This document shows positions 49,128-59,177 of a stretch of DNA of 64,000 nt, piece by piece. The notes under the pieces are model-generated. The model made no database searches. It was not told the DNA's origin and saw only the letters and a list, made by a program, of their open reading frames with translations. The translations under genes were made by a program, and so were the position numbers. Positions within the stretch are counted from its first letter, which is position 1. Every line of letters starts with the position of its first letter. Location of the stretch: NCBI GenBank assembly GCA_043803945.1, contig JAZDJN010000026.1, positions 35,569 to 99,568 on the forward strand, read 5' to 3'. This DNA comes from a bacterium. Lineage in GTDB: Bacteria > Bacteroidota > Ignavibacteria > UBA10030.

Positions 49128-50015
49128 TTACTTCATGCCGATCACTAAGAGGCGATCGCCAAATCTCTTCAGCGTTTTTGTTATCAGGTAGTTCGGGTAC
49201 TGCAGAAGCAGCTTGATCGCTTTCTCGACGATATTGCCGCGCAAGGTAATACTGACCGGGGATTTAATCCGTTGTATGATTTCGACATTCCGGAATCCCG
49301 CCCGTTGAACCATCTCCTTGAGAGTCCTCGGGGTAAACTCGTTCACATGGTACGGCGGCATTGGCATCTGCTTTGTACGGCCCAGCAGCCTCAATCCTGC
49401 CGCTGCCAGTCTGCCAACCAGCGTATTGAACATCGATGGCACCTCGGCGGCAAGAATGCCACCCGGTCGTAAAAGAAGATACGCTTTTTTTGCCATTGGG
49501 AGGGGATCGATAAAATGCTCAAGTACATCGCCCATAAAGACAACATCAAATCGTTGCTCTTGGATGGGGTACTCTTCAAACGAGGTTTGGGCTACATCCA
49601 GTTGAAAATTTTTCCTGCAGATGGTTGTGCCAAGCATTGCATATTCGATCCCGCTGACGGTATACCCTGCATCGCGCACATAGTCGAGGAAATATCCCAT
49701 CCCGCATCCAATTTCAAAAAAGTCTCCCGAGGGCTTATACTTCCGTATCCATCCAAGAATCTCCGGAAACTTCATCGATCCATTCCGAGCTGCGGTTTCA
49801 TAGTCTGATGAAGAATGCGCACCACAATCCGCTCCATCGAAAAGAAAGTACTCATCACTGTAGAGAAGTTTGAGATCGTCCGTTGTCGGCCTGGGGTCAA
49901 GAAAGATAAAGGAACAGTGCCGACATTTCCTGGCAGAGAATTTCTTTTCATGGAACGTATAGCTGATGGGGAAATTATTGTGCTGATCGTGACTGCAAAG
50001 TGGGCAACTACTCAA
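49128..50015 (-). CDS. SAM methyltransferase with an N-terminal Zn-ribbon
   Basis: CPLC..CRHC; EIGCGMG; DVLEH. Confidence 0.88.
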   Translation of the reverse strand: MSSCPLCSHDQHNNFPISYTFHEKKFSARKCRHCSFIFLDPRPTTDDLKLLYSDEYFLFDGADCGAHSSSDYETAARNGSMKFPEILGWIRKYKPSGDFFEIGCGMGYFLDYVRDAGYTVSGIEYAMLGTTICRKNFQLDVAQTSFEEYPIQEQRFDVVFMGDVLEHFIDPLPMAKKAYLLLRPGGILAAEVPSMFNTLVGRLAAAGLRLLGRTKQMPMPPYHVNEFTPRTLKEMVQRAGFRNVEIIQRIKSPVSITLRGNIVEKAIKLLLQYPNYLITKTLKRFGDRLLVIGMK

Positions 50016-50039
50016 GTGTCTGCTCCGGAGAAGTCAGCT

Positions 50040-51125
50040 TCACGCTAGTAACAGTTTTACACAGGCATCCACCACACGAGGGACGGGGAGACGCTCCATA
50101 CAGCGGTAATCGGGGTTAGTGCACACGGCTTGATAGAAACAACGGCATGGCTTGTCGGGTTCGAGCACGATCCCGAGGTTGTACAATTCAAACTCGTTCT
50201 TGTTGAAAATATTATTGAAGAGAACGATTTTTTTATTAAGCCCGATGGTGATATGCATTGCCATCGTAACACCCGTAACCACAAGATCGCACTGATTGAC
50301 AAGGTCGATGAATTCAGCCAGCGGGAAGGTGCCGAAATATTTCACTCGTGCAGCGCGGGCGAGCTTTCGGTTTTTAGCATCTTCCTGTTCACCGCCCAGC
50401 AGTACTACCTCAAATCCTTTTTTCTTTAATGTCTTGGCGAGGCTTATCCAGCGCCCCTCTTCCCATAATCGCGATGTCCAGCGTCCTCCGCACCCGGTGT
50501 TCAATCCGATCACCTTCTTGTTCCTGATGAGCTTCCACGGTGTGGCTGCAGACGGCGGTGTGTCCAGGATGTACTTCTCGCCGTTGAATTTAAATCCACA
50601 GATTTCAAACATTTCCTCAGGATAACTCTTGGTATTGGCCTTGCTGACATCGTCGAAGATGCCGGTGAAATATTTGGACTCTGCAGCAGCATCGATTGGT
50701 GAGCTAACGCCGTTCTTCAGGATGTAGCCCCGTTTTGTTCTGGCGGTAAGCTCGCTGCAGAGGGCACATGCTTCCCGATCCTTGTCGAGGTTGATCAGAA
50801 GGTCGAAATGCATTGAGCGTAGGGCGATGATATTCTTTAGTGAAAAATCGAGTTTTTCATCGACAAGAGAGGGAAGAATATCCGGAGTCCACGTCAGCCA
50901 GAAAATTTTTGAACGCGGGTAAAGAGTCTTCAATTTGTGAAGCAGTGGGGTTGTACGGATAACATCGCCAATCGCACCCAGCTTGATGATCAAAATTTGT
51001 TTATCGATCATCTCATAATGAGGGCAGAGGTTTCCGCGCTCATCGATGCAATGGACGCCGTGCTGCTTGTGAGGTCTGCAGGGGACATCACCTCGGAAAT
51101 ACCGGCAATCGGTTTTAAGTGTCAT
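50040..51125 (-). CDS. GT9 (heptosyltransferase-like) glycosyltransferase
   Basis: IKLGAIGDVIRTTPL, MAMHIT; Cys clusters at both ends. Confidence 0.88.
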   Translation of the reverse strand: MTLKTDCRYFRGDVPCRPHKQHGVHCIDERGNLCPHYEMIDKQILIIKLGAIGDVIRTTPLLHKLKTLYPRSKIFWLTWTPDILPSLVDEKLDFSLKNIIALRSMHFDLLINLDKDREACALCSELTARTKRGYILKNGVSSPIDAAAESKYFTGIFDDVSKANTKSYPEEMFEICGFKFNGEKYILDTPPSAATPWKLIRNKKVIGLNTGCGGRWTSRLWEEGRWISLAKTLKKKGFEVVLLGGEQEDAKNRKLARAARVKYFGTFPLAEFIDLVNQCDLVVTGVTMAMHITIGLNKKIVLFNNIFNKNEFELYNLGIVLEPDKPCRCFYQAVCTNPDYRCMERLPVPRVVDACVKLLLA

Positions 51126-51145
51126 GGAATCGTCTCCGCCAGATG

Positions 51146-52120
51146 TTACAGCAGCTGATCACGAATGGAGTACCCGTCATCGGTTTTCTGCTGGCGGGAA
51201 ATCATTTCACCGAGCAATCCGATGGAAATGAATTGAACACCAATGATAATAAAGAGGAAACCGATGAGGAACAGCGGGCGATTGCTGAGCGAGGTGTCAC
51301 CGAAGATCCGCTCGATAACGAGATACCCATCGATGGTACCGCCTGCCAGGACAGAGAGGGCGCCCCAGACACCGAACAAATGAAGGGGCCTGCGAACATA
51401 ACGGGTTGTGAAGAGAACGTTCAGGAGATCAAGAAAGCCCTTGTATAATCTGCTAACACCAAATTTTGTCCGGCCATATTTTCTTGGATGATGCTGTACA
51501 ATCTTCTCTCCAATGCGGAACCCGGCCCAGTGGGCAAGCGCCGGGATGTACCGGTGGAGCTCTCCATACACCCTGATCTCCTTTACCACCTCGCGGCGGT
51601 AAGCCTTCAATCCGCAATTCATATCGTGAATCGACAGACCGGTCATCTTTGCTGTGACGTAATTTGCGAGCTTAGAGGGAATGGTTTTAGAGATCGGGTC
51701 ATACCGTCGCTTCTTCCACCCGGAGACCAGATCATATCCCTGCTCTAATGCGGCGATGAGCTCAGGAATTTCCGCCGGATCATCCTGGAGGTCCGCATCC
51801 ATGGTAATGATATAGTTCCCTTGTGCTGTCTGAAATCCGACTGAAAGTGCGGCAGATTTTCCGAAATTCCGCCTGAAACGAAGTACCTTGACTCGCGGAT
51901 CCTGTTCATGAAGCTGCTTCAGGAGATCGAAGGATCGATCTGTACTGCCATCGTCCACAAAAATTATTTCAACGGGTTCATGAAGAATCGTTACCGCAGA
52001 CAGGATCTGCTGGTAAAGCTCTGTGAGTGATTCCTCTTCATTGAAAAGGGGAATGACCAGCGAAAGGTATAGAGGTTTTTCAATTGAAGAGCGATGTTCG
52101 GTTTTCTGCTTCTTGGGCAT
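51146..52120 (-). CDS. GT2 glycosyltransferase (ArnC/GtrB-like, two C-terminal TMs)
   Basis: PLFNEEE, RNFGKSAAL, MDADLQDDP, HDMNCGLK. Confidence 0.93.
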   Translation of the reverse strand: MPKKQKTEHRSSIEKPLYLSLVIPLFNEEESLTELYQQILSAVTILHEPVEIIFVDDGSTDRSFDLLKQLHEQDPRVKVLRFRRNFGKSAALSVGFQTAQGNYIITMDADLQDDPAEIPELIAALEQGYDLVSGWKKRRYDPISKTIPSKLANYVTAKMTGLSIHDMNCGLKAYRREVVKEIRVYGELHRYIPALAHWAGFRIGEKIVQHHPRKYGRTKFGVSRLYKGFLDLLNVLFTTRYVRRPLHLFGVWGALSVLAGGTIDGYLVIERIFGDTSLSNRPLFLIGFLFIIIGVQFISIGLLGEMISRQQKTDDGYSIRDQLL

Positions 52121-52455
52121 CCGGATATTCCTTGTTGATCCTCAAACTGAAATCAAAGTAAATGAAAATGGAGCGAAATGCAAGGTAACGGTCTTCCGAG
52201 ATGATTACCCAATGCAATGATCACTCAACCTGGGTAAGGGGAATCTATCAATTAATGCTGCACTGAGTTTTCATATCCATCGATGCACACGTAGGACACA
52301 TCAGTAACTTGTCTTACTTTCAGAACAGTTAACAAGATACTTAGCCGAAATCGTAACGTACATGAAATCGACCAATCCACAATCAGCCGATTTCGGCTAA
52401 TTGCTAATCCATGCCTCGTTGTGTATATTGAGCGTGTTTGAATCTCCCAAACCCT

Positions 52456-53274
52456 ATGATCACACCGCGCAAATTTCTTGGCCAGCATTTTCTTCACGAT
52501 GAGAATATTGCCCGAAAGATAATCCAGCACCTTGCCATTCATGATGGTGAGACCTGGTTGGAGATCGGGCCCGGCCAGGGTATGCTGACCAAATACCTGA
52601 TCGGGCAAGCGGCACAAACAATAGCGATCGAACTCGATGAACGGTCAGTGCAGTTGCTGCAACAGCAATTTGGCGCGTCGCTGACACTGATCCATGCCGA
52701 TGTTCTTTCTGTCCAGTTGAATGATCTCACCAGAACACATCCGGGGCCACTGCGTGTTGTCGGCAATATTCCGTACTACATTACGAGTGAGATTGTCTTC
52801 TGGCTCTTCGACCAGCATGAATTTGTTGCAGACGCAACATTGATGATGCAACTGGAAGTCGCCCGGCGATTCGTTGCAGCCACCCATACGAAGGAGTACG
52901 GCATCCTGACGGTCTTTGCCAATTTCTTTGCCGAGCCGTCGCTGCTATTCCCGGTAACAAGGAATTCTTTTTATCCGAGGCCAAATGTCGAGTCTGCAGT
53001 AATCAGGTTGAAGTTCAGGGAGCATCTCCCGGCGTGCAATGTTGCCCTCTTCCGGAATGTGGTACGATCAACGTTCGGCAAGAGGAGAAAAACTCTGCGA
53101 AATGGCCTTCGCTATATGGGGTATCCGGACGACCTGCTTCATGCGCTGAAGTTTGATCTTGGGCAGCGGCCCGAACAGCTCACGGTTGATGATTTTCTTC
53201 ACTTGACGATGCTCCTAGAAAGTGAAGCGCAGCGACGTTCGGAACATGGGGTTACACCATTGTTCATAAAATGA
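52456..53274 (+). CDS. rsmA: 16S rRNA m6,2A dimethyltransferase
   Basis: LGQHFL, EIGPGQG, GNIPYYIT, RRKTLRN. Confidence 0.95.
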   Translation: MITPRKFLGQHFLHDENIARKIIQHLAIHDGETWLEIGPGQGMLTKYLIGQAAQTIAIELDERSVQLLQQQFGASLTLIHADVLSVQLNDLTRTHPGPLRVVGNIPYYITSEIVFWLFDQHEFVADATLMMQLEVARRFVAATHTKEYGILTVFANFFAEPSLLFPVTRNSFYPRPNVESAVIRLKFREHLPACNVALFRNVVRSTFGKRRKTLRNGLRYMGYPDDLLHALKFDLGQRPEQLTVDDFLHLTMLLESEAQRRSEHGVTPLFIK

Positions 53275-53286
53275 ATAAAGGAGTCT

Positions 53287-54231
53287 ATGACGTACCGTAC
53301 CATTCTTCGTACCTTCTCTCCCGGCGATTTCATCACCATATGTTTCCTCTGTTTCCTAATAATACTGAATCTTGTATTTCATACCCGAGTCGAACAGTGG
53401 CTGGCGCTTGTCACGATCAATGTTGCAGTTATCGTTGGTATTGTTGCCATTGCTCAGTTAGCAGATAGGTGGAAGACCAAACTGCTGGTTGCCCTTCATC
53501 GATGGTACTGCTATCCGATCATTCTCTTCGTTTTCAAAGAAATCTATTTAATGGTGCGCCCGATCCATCCTGTGGATTACGACTCATTGCTTATGGCCGT
53601 TGATTATTGGATGTTTGGCGTTCACCCAACACAATGGCTTGCACAATTTTCCCATCCGCTTCTCACGGAAGTACTGCAGATCGGATATTTCTCTTACTAT
53701 CTTCTCTTTATCATCCTTGGTGTAGAAATCTATCGTCGGTATTCCCTTGAGCGTTTTGATAATGCCGCCTTTCTGATCGTCTATGGTTTCTATCTTTCCT
53801 ATCTGGGATATTTTTTGCTGCCGGCTGTTGGACCTCGATTCACACTCCACGATTTTCAACAACTCCAGACCGATCTCCCGGGCCTTCTCCTGACCGATAT
53901 TGTGCGGGGTATCATTAACGCGGGCGAGTCCATCAACCTGGCCCACCCCAATCCGGTTGAAATCGTACAACGCGATGTCTTTCCGAGCGGGCATACTCAG
54001 CTCACTTTGATTGTCCTGTACCTCGGTTTTAAGAACAACCTTCGTTCACGGTGGCTGTTGCTCGGGCTAGGAACCGTTCTCCTCATAGGGACAGTGTATT
54101 TACGCTATCACTACGTGATCGATTTGATTGGTGGTTTTTTGTTCTTCCTGCTCACCATCTGGACAGGGCAACGACTCCACAACTGGTGGGATCGGTACAG
54201 GAATCTTGATACTCAAACTAAATTCAGCTAA
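53287..54231 (+). CDS. PAP2-superfamily membrane phosphatase
   Basis: PAVGPR, FPSGH, RYHYVID. Confidence 0.88.
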   Translation: MTYRTILRTFSPGDFITICFLCFLIILNLVFHTRVEQWLALVTINVAVIVGIVAIAQLADRWKTKLLVALHRWYCYPIILFVFKEIYLMVRPIHPVDYDSLLMAVDYWMFGVHPTQWLAQFSHPLLTEVLQIGYFSYYLLFIILGVEIYRRYSLERFDNAAFLIVYGFYLSYLGYFLLPAVGPRFTLHDFQQLQTDLPGLLLTDIVRGIINAGESINLAHPNPVEIVQRDVFPSGHTQLTLIVLYLGFKNNLRSRWLLLGLGTVLLIGTVYLRYHYVIDLIGGFLFFLLTIWTGQRLHNWWDRYRNLDTQTKFS

Positions 54232-54281
54232 GTTGTCACTGGCAACAAAACGCACTCAAATTCGTAGCTCCACAGAGGTCG

Positions 54282-54557
54282 ATGACACAAGAACAACTAT
54301 TAAAAGAGCTGGAGACACTTGCCGCGCAAAGCGGGATACTAATCCGCTATGAGAAAGGGGATTTTGAAGGAGGTTATTGCATCCTCAAGGATGAGCGCCT
54401 CATTGTCATCAACAAGAAACTGGCATACCCCCGCAAAGCGACCGTGCTTGCATTTGGCTTGGCTGAGATCGGTGTGGAGGATAGATACCTGAAACCTGCA
54501 GTTCGACAGTTCATTGAAGATGAACTTGTCAGAGAAACGCGTGTGCGGTTATTATGA
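54282..54557 (+). CDS. Small hypothetical protein
   Basis: IRYEKGDFEGGYCILK motif; SD GAGG. Confidence 0.75.
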   Translation: MTQEQLLKELETLAAQSGILIRYEKGDFEGGYCILKDERLIVINKKLAYPRKATVLAFGLAEIGVEDRYLKPAVRQFIEDELVRETRVRLL

Positions 54558-54656
54558 CCGCGCCATGCAGTCTCATTCCCTATGTGCCGGAGGATTGTTC
54601 CTCTAATTTGATATCCGATGATCTTCCGGCTCCTCTGAACGTACTAAAGGAACAAC

Positions 54657-55268
54657 TTGGAACATAACTTACTCTTGCAGGGGATTATTATTGGATTCTC
54701 GCTCGCCTTGCCCATTGGACCGATCGGTGTCCTTTGCATCAGAAAGACGCTTGCAGAAGGGCACGCTGCAGGGATCGCCATTGGATTAGGGGCGGCACTT
54801 GCGGATTCACTCTATGGATGCGTAGCGGCGTTTGGTTTGACTGTGATTTCGAATCTTCTCATTGCCCAGGGGTGGTGGCTGCGTTTGATCGGCGGTGCAT
54901 TTCTCTGTTACCTCGGTATTCGTACCTACTTCACGCGGCCGGTAGAAAATGGTACAACCCCGAATGGAAAGGGGTTATTCGCCTCATTCTTTTCAACGTT
55001 TCTGTTGACCCTCACCAATCCGTTGACCATTCTGGCATTCATAGGCGTCTTTACAGCACTTGGGCTGGGTAATGGAATACTCAGCATGCGTATTGCCTTA
55101 GAGCTTGTTCTGGGAGTCTTCCTGGGTTCGTGTTCCTGGTTCTTACTCCTCACCTACGGGATTGCGTCGTTTAGAAAGAAAATCAATTCCAACGGACTCG
55201 GTTGGATTAACAGGATCTCCGGTGCGCTAATTCTGCTGTTCGGAATTATTGCCCTGATCAGTTTTTAG
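54657..55268 (+). CDS. LysE family translocator
   Basis: LPIGPIGVLCI, TLTNPLT; TTG start with SD AAGGA. Confidence 0.9.
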   Translation: MEHNLLLQGIIIGFSLALPIGPIGVLCIRKTLAEGHAAGIAIGLGAALADSLYGCVAAFGLTVISNLLIAQGWWLRLIGGAFLCYLGIRTYFTRPVENGTTPNGKGLFASFFSTFLLTLTNPLTILAFIGVFTALGLGNGILSMRIALELVLGVFLGSCSWFLLLTYGIASFRKKINSNGLGWINRISGALILLFGIIALISF

Positions 55269-55315
55269 TGCATCGGGCAACAACGTTTCAGCATTTCACT
55301 TTAGAGGTTAACTCT

Positions 55316-57769
55316 ATGGAGAAAATGAAAAGTCTTCTACCGCCGCTGATTCTTCTTGCAGTGGCTGCTATCCTCATCTGGTTTTTCTTTCCACAAGCTC
55401 ACCCGAATGGGGGCATCAAACTTCCGCTCGATGCAGCAACGATTGCTGAACAAGCTTCGACGATTCTCGATAGTCTTAGGATTGATAGAAGAGAGTATTA
55501 TTCCAATGTGGAATTGCACGAGAATCAAAGCCTGACCCGTCAGGTGCGGGATCAGTTAGGCATCCGGAAGGGGAACCCCCTCTTGAGAGATACTGTGCCT
55601 GGATATTACTGGAACGTCCGTTGGTCGAAGGATGCACCGGGTTCCATCAAATTCTCTTCCAGGAACGAGTCTGACTCGCAACAGGAGGCAGAGTCGATCG
55701 CCAGGCGCCTCAAGGGTGATATGGTAATGAAGATGAACACCCGCGGCGGCATGATCAATTACGAATATACGATAGCAGATTCGATTCAACTTCCATCCAT
55801 TTCGCAACAGGAAGCGTTCGCCCGGGCTGAAGCATTTGTCAACCGATATACTGAGTATTCCACCAGAGCGAATGATACGACACACCAGGATCCACGACGC
55901 TTGCTCTACGACGATGCAAAGTCGATTCAGCAAAAACATCGGACAGATTATGAATTCAATTGGCATACTACAGCCCCAGTAACCGGTAATCGTGTCTCTG
56001 TCAAAGTTCGCTTTGCCGGCGACATGGTCAAAGAGTTTGATGCGCTCCAGGAGGTACCAAAGGAGTTCAAGGATTCAACAAACCGTACATTGGTCGGGGT
56101 GATTATTGTTGTTCTTTACATGGCGATGATTGTCGCTATGATTGTTCTCTCATTCAAACGTATCCGCGCGTTCGAGTTGGGCTGGCGTGTCGCATTCATT
56201 GTTGGCGTTGTCGCTGCGATTGCCCTTGGGATTCAATTGTATCTGAGCATGCCGAACAATATCGGTTTTGAGCTCCTCCTAAGTTTGATTATCGGTCCCT
56301 TATTCTATGGAGGATCACTCGTTCTTGTCTGGTCCGTCGCTGAATCGGTGGTTCGTGAAGTATGGAAGGAAAAAATTGTCACCATCGATTTACTGTCCAA
56401 AGGGTACGTATTTCATTCCCGGGTCGGTATGGCCTTGGTTCGAGGAATCGGGCTCGGAGCCCTGGCCCTGGCTCTCTGGCTTGTGACTATAGAGTGTACG
56501 GATTTTATACGACCGGTGTGGATTGGATCGGGAGACGAGAACGCGATCCAGACCTTCGGCACATTTAGTCCGGCATTCTATTCAATTTTCCATAGCATGT
56601 ATGCCCACCTGTTCAGCCTTTCCTTCTTTCTGATGTTTCTGGTCTCCACGCTCCGGAAAAGAGTCCAATCGACCTGGGCTATGATGCTGATCGGGGGTGC
56701 GACGTTTGGAATACTCGGCATGGTGAAAATTGAACCTCTGGGTGCGGGGTTTCTCATCGATATGGTGCTGGGAGCGTTTTTCATTTGGACGTTTTATCGA
56801 TATGACATTCTCACGACATACCTGATGATGGCGAGCATGACGACAATGATCGATATGGCGAGCCTCATTGTTTCATCACACCCCAGTTATCTATCCTCGG
56901 CTTTGATCCTCATGGCATTCTTTGCCGTTCTGTTTGTTATCGGGATTATTACATTCATGCGCAAAGAAACGGAAATCGATTTCGATGCTATTGCACCGGC
57001 GTTTGCACGTCATATCTCTGAACGTCAACGGCTGCAGCAGGAACTGGAAATTGCACGGACAGTGCAGATGAGTTTTCTTCCAAAGGCCAATCCAAAGATG
57101 TTGACGCTGGATATTGCTTCACGCTGTGCTCCTGCTCTTGAGGTTGGCGGTGACTACTATGATTTCATTGAACTGGGCGAGCATAGGCTCGGTGTGGCGG
57201 TGGGGGATGTGTCAGGCAAGGGGACACAGGCGGCGTTCTTTATGACGCTGACGAAAGGATTCCTGCGGGCACTGGCAAAGGTCTCGAATTCACCGTCAGC
57301 CATTCTTACCCAGGTGAACCGGTTATTCTATGAGAACGTCGAACGAGGTGTGTTCATCAGTATGGTCTATGGAATTTTCGACACACAGCAGCACACACTC
57401 ACAATTGCGCGTGCAGGACATAACCCGGTGATCATGCGCAAGACACTTCCGAATCAGATTCAGGTGGTAAATCCCATGGGGCTCGCACTCGGGCTGGATG
57501 AAGGTGAAATTTTTTCAAAGTCGATTCAGGAAATTTCTATCTCATTTCAACCGGGTGATCTCTTCGTCTTCTATACCGATGGATTTCCGGAGGCGATGAA
57601 TAAAACAATGGAAGAGTTTGGTGAGGAACGGTTGTGCAAAACCATCGAACGGTATGCCGTTGGATCGGCCGCCGATGTGATGGAAGGTATTTTCACAGAG
57701 ATGAAGCAATTCACCGGAAAAGCAAAGCAGCACGACGATATGACCATTGTCGTTGTCAAAGTAACCTAA
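55316..57769 (+). CDS. Membrane-bound SpoIIE/RsbU-type PP2C phosphatase
   Basis: ELEIARTVQ, VGGDYYD, GDVSGKG, YTDG, DDMT; periplasmic domain plus ~10 TM. Confidence 0.92.
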   Translation: MEKMKSLLPPLILLAVAAILIWFFFPQAHPNGGIKLPLDAATIAEQASTILDSLRIDRREYYSNVELHENQSLTRQVRDQLGIRKGNPLLRDTVPGYYWNVRWSKDAPGSIKFSSRNESDSQQEAESIARRLKGDMVMKMNTRGGMINYEYTIADSIQLPSISQQEAFARAEAFVNRYTEYSTRANDTTHQDPRRLLYDDAKSIQQKHRTDYEFNWHTTAPVTGNRVSVKVRFAGDMVKEFDALQEVPKEFKDSTNRTLVGVIIVVLYMAMIVAMIVLSFKRIRAFELGWRVAFIVGVVAAIALGIQLYLSMPNNIGFELLLSLIIGPLFYGGSLVLVWSVAESVVREVWKEKIVTIDLLSKGYVFHSRVGMALVRGIGLGALALALWLVTIECTDFIRPVWIGSGDENAIQTFGTFSPAFYSIFHSMYAHLFSLSFFLMFLVSTLRKRVQSTWAMMLIGGATFGILGMVKIEPLGAGFLIDMVLGAFFIWTFYRYDILTTYLMMASMTTMIDMASLIVSSHPSYLSSALILMAFFAVLFVIGIITFMRKETEIDFDAIAPAFARHISERQRLQQELEIARTVQMSFLPKANPKMLTLDIASRCAPALEVGGDYYDFIELGEHRLGVAVGDVSGKGTQAAFFMTLTKGFLRALAKVSNSPSAILTQVNRLFYENVERGVFISMVYGIFDTQQHTLTIARAGHNPVIMRKTLPNQIQVVNPMGLALGLDEGEIFSKSIQEISISFQPGDLFVFYTDGFPEAMNKTMEEFGEERLCKTIERYAVGSAADVMEGIFTEMKQFTGKAKQHDDMTIVVVKVT

Positions 57770-57915
57770 CTTCTCGTACCTTACATAATAATCCACGACT
57801 TCAGTCGTGGGAAAACATGAGAATAATTTCTTGTCCAACGGTTTTAACCGTTTTCTACAGCCTGAGCAGTCAACGTGCGTAAAATAATAATGGTGACGAA
57901 AACCCAGAGGCCTTT

Positions 57916-58338
57916 ATGCGAATCATGATTGTCAACGGTCCAAATCTGAACCTTCTTGGAAAGCGAGAACCGGAGATCTACGGCACCACGACATTGTGGG
58001 ATATTGAGAAGCGCATTGCCGAACGATTTCCCGAAATCAAGTTCGAATGGTTTCAGTCGAACTGTGAAGGTACCATGATCGACACTCTTCAGAAGGCAAT
58101 GGAAGGAGACTTCGATGCGGTGATCGTCAATCCTGGAGCGTATACACATTACTCGTACGCCATCCGCGATGCACTGGCAGCGCTTAAAATTCCGGTGGTT
58201 GAAGTTCATCTGACAAATATTTATGCGCGTGAAGAATTCCGCCAGCACTCCATTACCGCCGGTGCATGCCGCGGAGTTATTTCCGGATTCGGTGTCTGTG
58301 TCTATGAACTTGCAGTTCATGCTCTCATTGAACCATAA
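57916..58338 (+). CDS. aroQ: Type II 3-dehydroquinate dehydratase
   Basis: NGPNLNLLGKREPEIYG, NPGAYTH, EVHLTNI. Confidence 0.96.
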   Translation: MRIMIVNGPNLNLLGKREPEIYGTTTLWDIEKRIAERFPEIKFEWFQSNCEGTMIDTLQKAMEGDFDAVIVNPGAYTHYSYAIRDALAALKIPVVEVHLTNIYAREEFRQHSITAGACRGVISGFGVCVYELAVHALIEP

Positions 58339-58364
58339 CACGAAAAAGGCTTGATGAATAACTG

Positions 58365-58468
58365 TTCACTCTTCACCCTTAACTCTTTACTGTTCACTAT
58401 TTACTATTCACCCACCTGCGTTCGCCTTCGGCGAACTTCGGCGGGCAAGCCATTCACCATTTACTATT
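58365..58468. repeat. Heptamer tandem repeat with a 39-bp palindromic insert
   Basis: TTCACTC TTCACCC TTAACTC TTTACTG TTCACTA TTTACTA TTCA[58411-58449]CCA TTCACCA TTTACTA. Confidence 0.8.
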
Positions 58469-58486
58469 GAAGCCTAAAAATCCATT

Positions 58487-59173
58487 ATGATCAAAGCAGT
58501 CATCTTCGATCTCGATAACACGCTTGTTGATTTCATGGCCATGAAGCGACAGGCTATTGAAGCTGCAATTCATGCGATGCGAGATGCAGGACTCAAATTA
58601 CCGGCAGAGGAAATTCAGAAACGCATTGACACGATCTATGCTGAACGGGGCATAGAGTTTCAGAATGTCTTCGATCAGTTGCTCTTCGACGAATTCAGCA
58701 AGGTCGATCACAAAATTCTCTCCTCTGGTATTATTGCTTATCGTCGCGCTCGTGAAGCCGCGCTTGTTCCTTATCCGCACGTCTATCTGACGCTCATCGA
58801 ATTGATGAAGATGAACCTGAAGCTCGCGGTAGTGTCGGACGCGCCGGGGCGAGAAGCATGGTTACGCTTGTGCTATCTTAATCTCCATCACATTTTCGAT
58901 GTTGTGGTCACCTATGACGACACAAAAATTCGGAAACCGAATCCGGAGCCATTCCAGGCAGCCCTGTCGCGGCTGGGTATCCAACCGAACGAGGCCTTGA
59001 TGATTGGCGATTGGGCTGAGCGCGATGTTCTGGGTGCAGCTCAGGTAGGAATGAAAACAATTTTTGCCCGGTACGGAGATACATTCGGCACGTTGAACTC
59101 CCATGCCGATTACGAGGTGAATGATGTTTCAGAAGTCATCGATATTGTTAATAAGGAGAATAATTGGAAGTGA
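58487..59173 (+). CDS. HAD family hydrolase
   Basis: FDLDNTL, KPNP, MIGDWAERD. Confidence 0.92.
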   Translation: MIKAVIFDLDNTLVDFMAMKRQAIEAAIHAMRDAGLKLPAEEIQKRIDTIYAERGIEFQNVFDQLLFDEFSKVDHKILSSGIIAYRRAREAALVPYPHVYLTLIELMKMNLKLAVVSDAPGREAWLRLCYLNLHHIFDVVVTYDDTKIRKPNPEPFQAALSRLGIQPNEALMIGDWAERDVLGAAQVGMKTIFARYGDTFGTLNSHADYEVNDVSEVIDIVNKENNWK

Positions 59174-59177
59174 AGCC

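Noticed and set aside
57793-57854. CCACGACTTCAGTCGTGG and AACGGTTTTAACCGTT palindromes as IS ends or operators
   Set aside because: No transposase adjacent, and the second palindrome recurs at ~17642, so both are best treated as further REP-type repeats.
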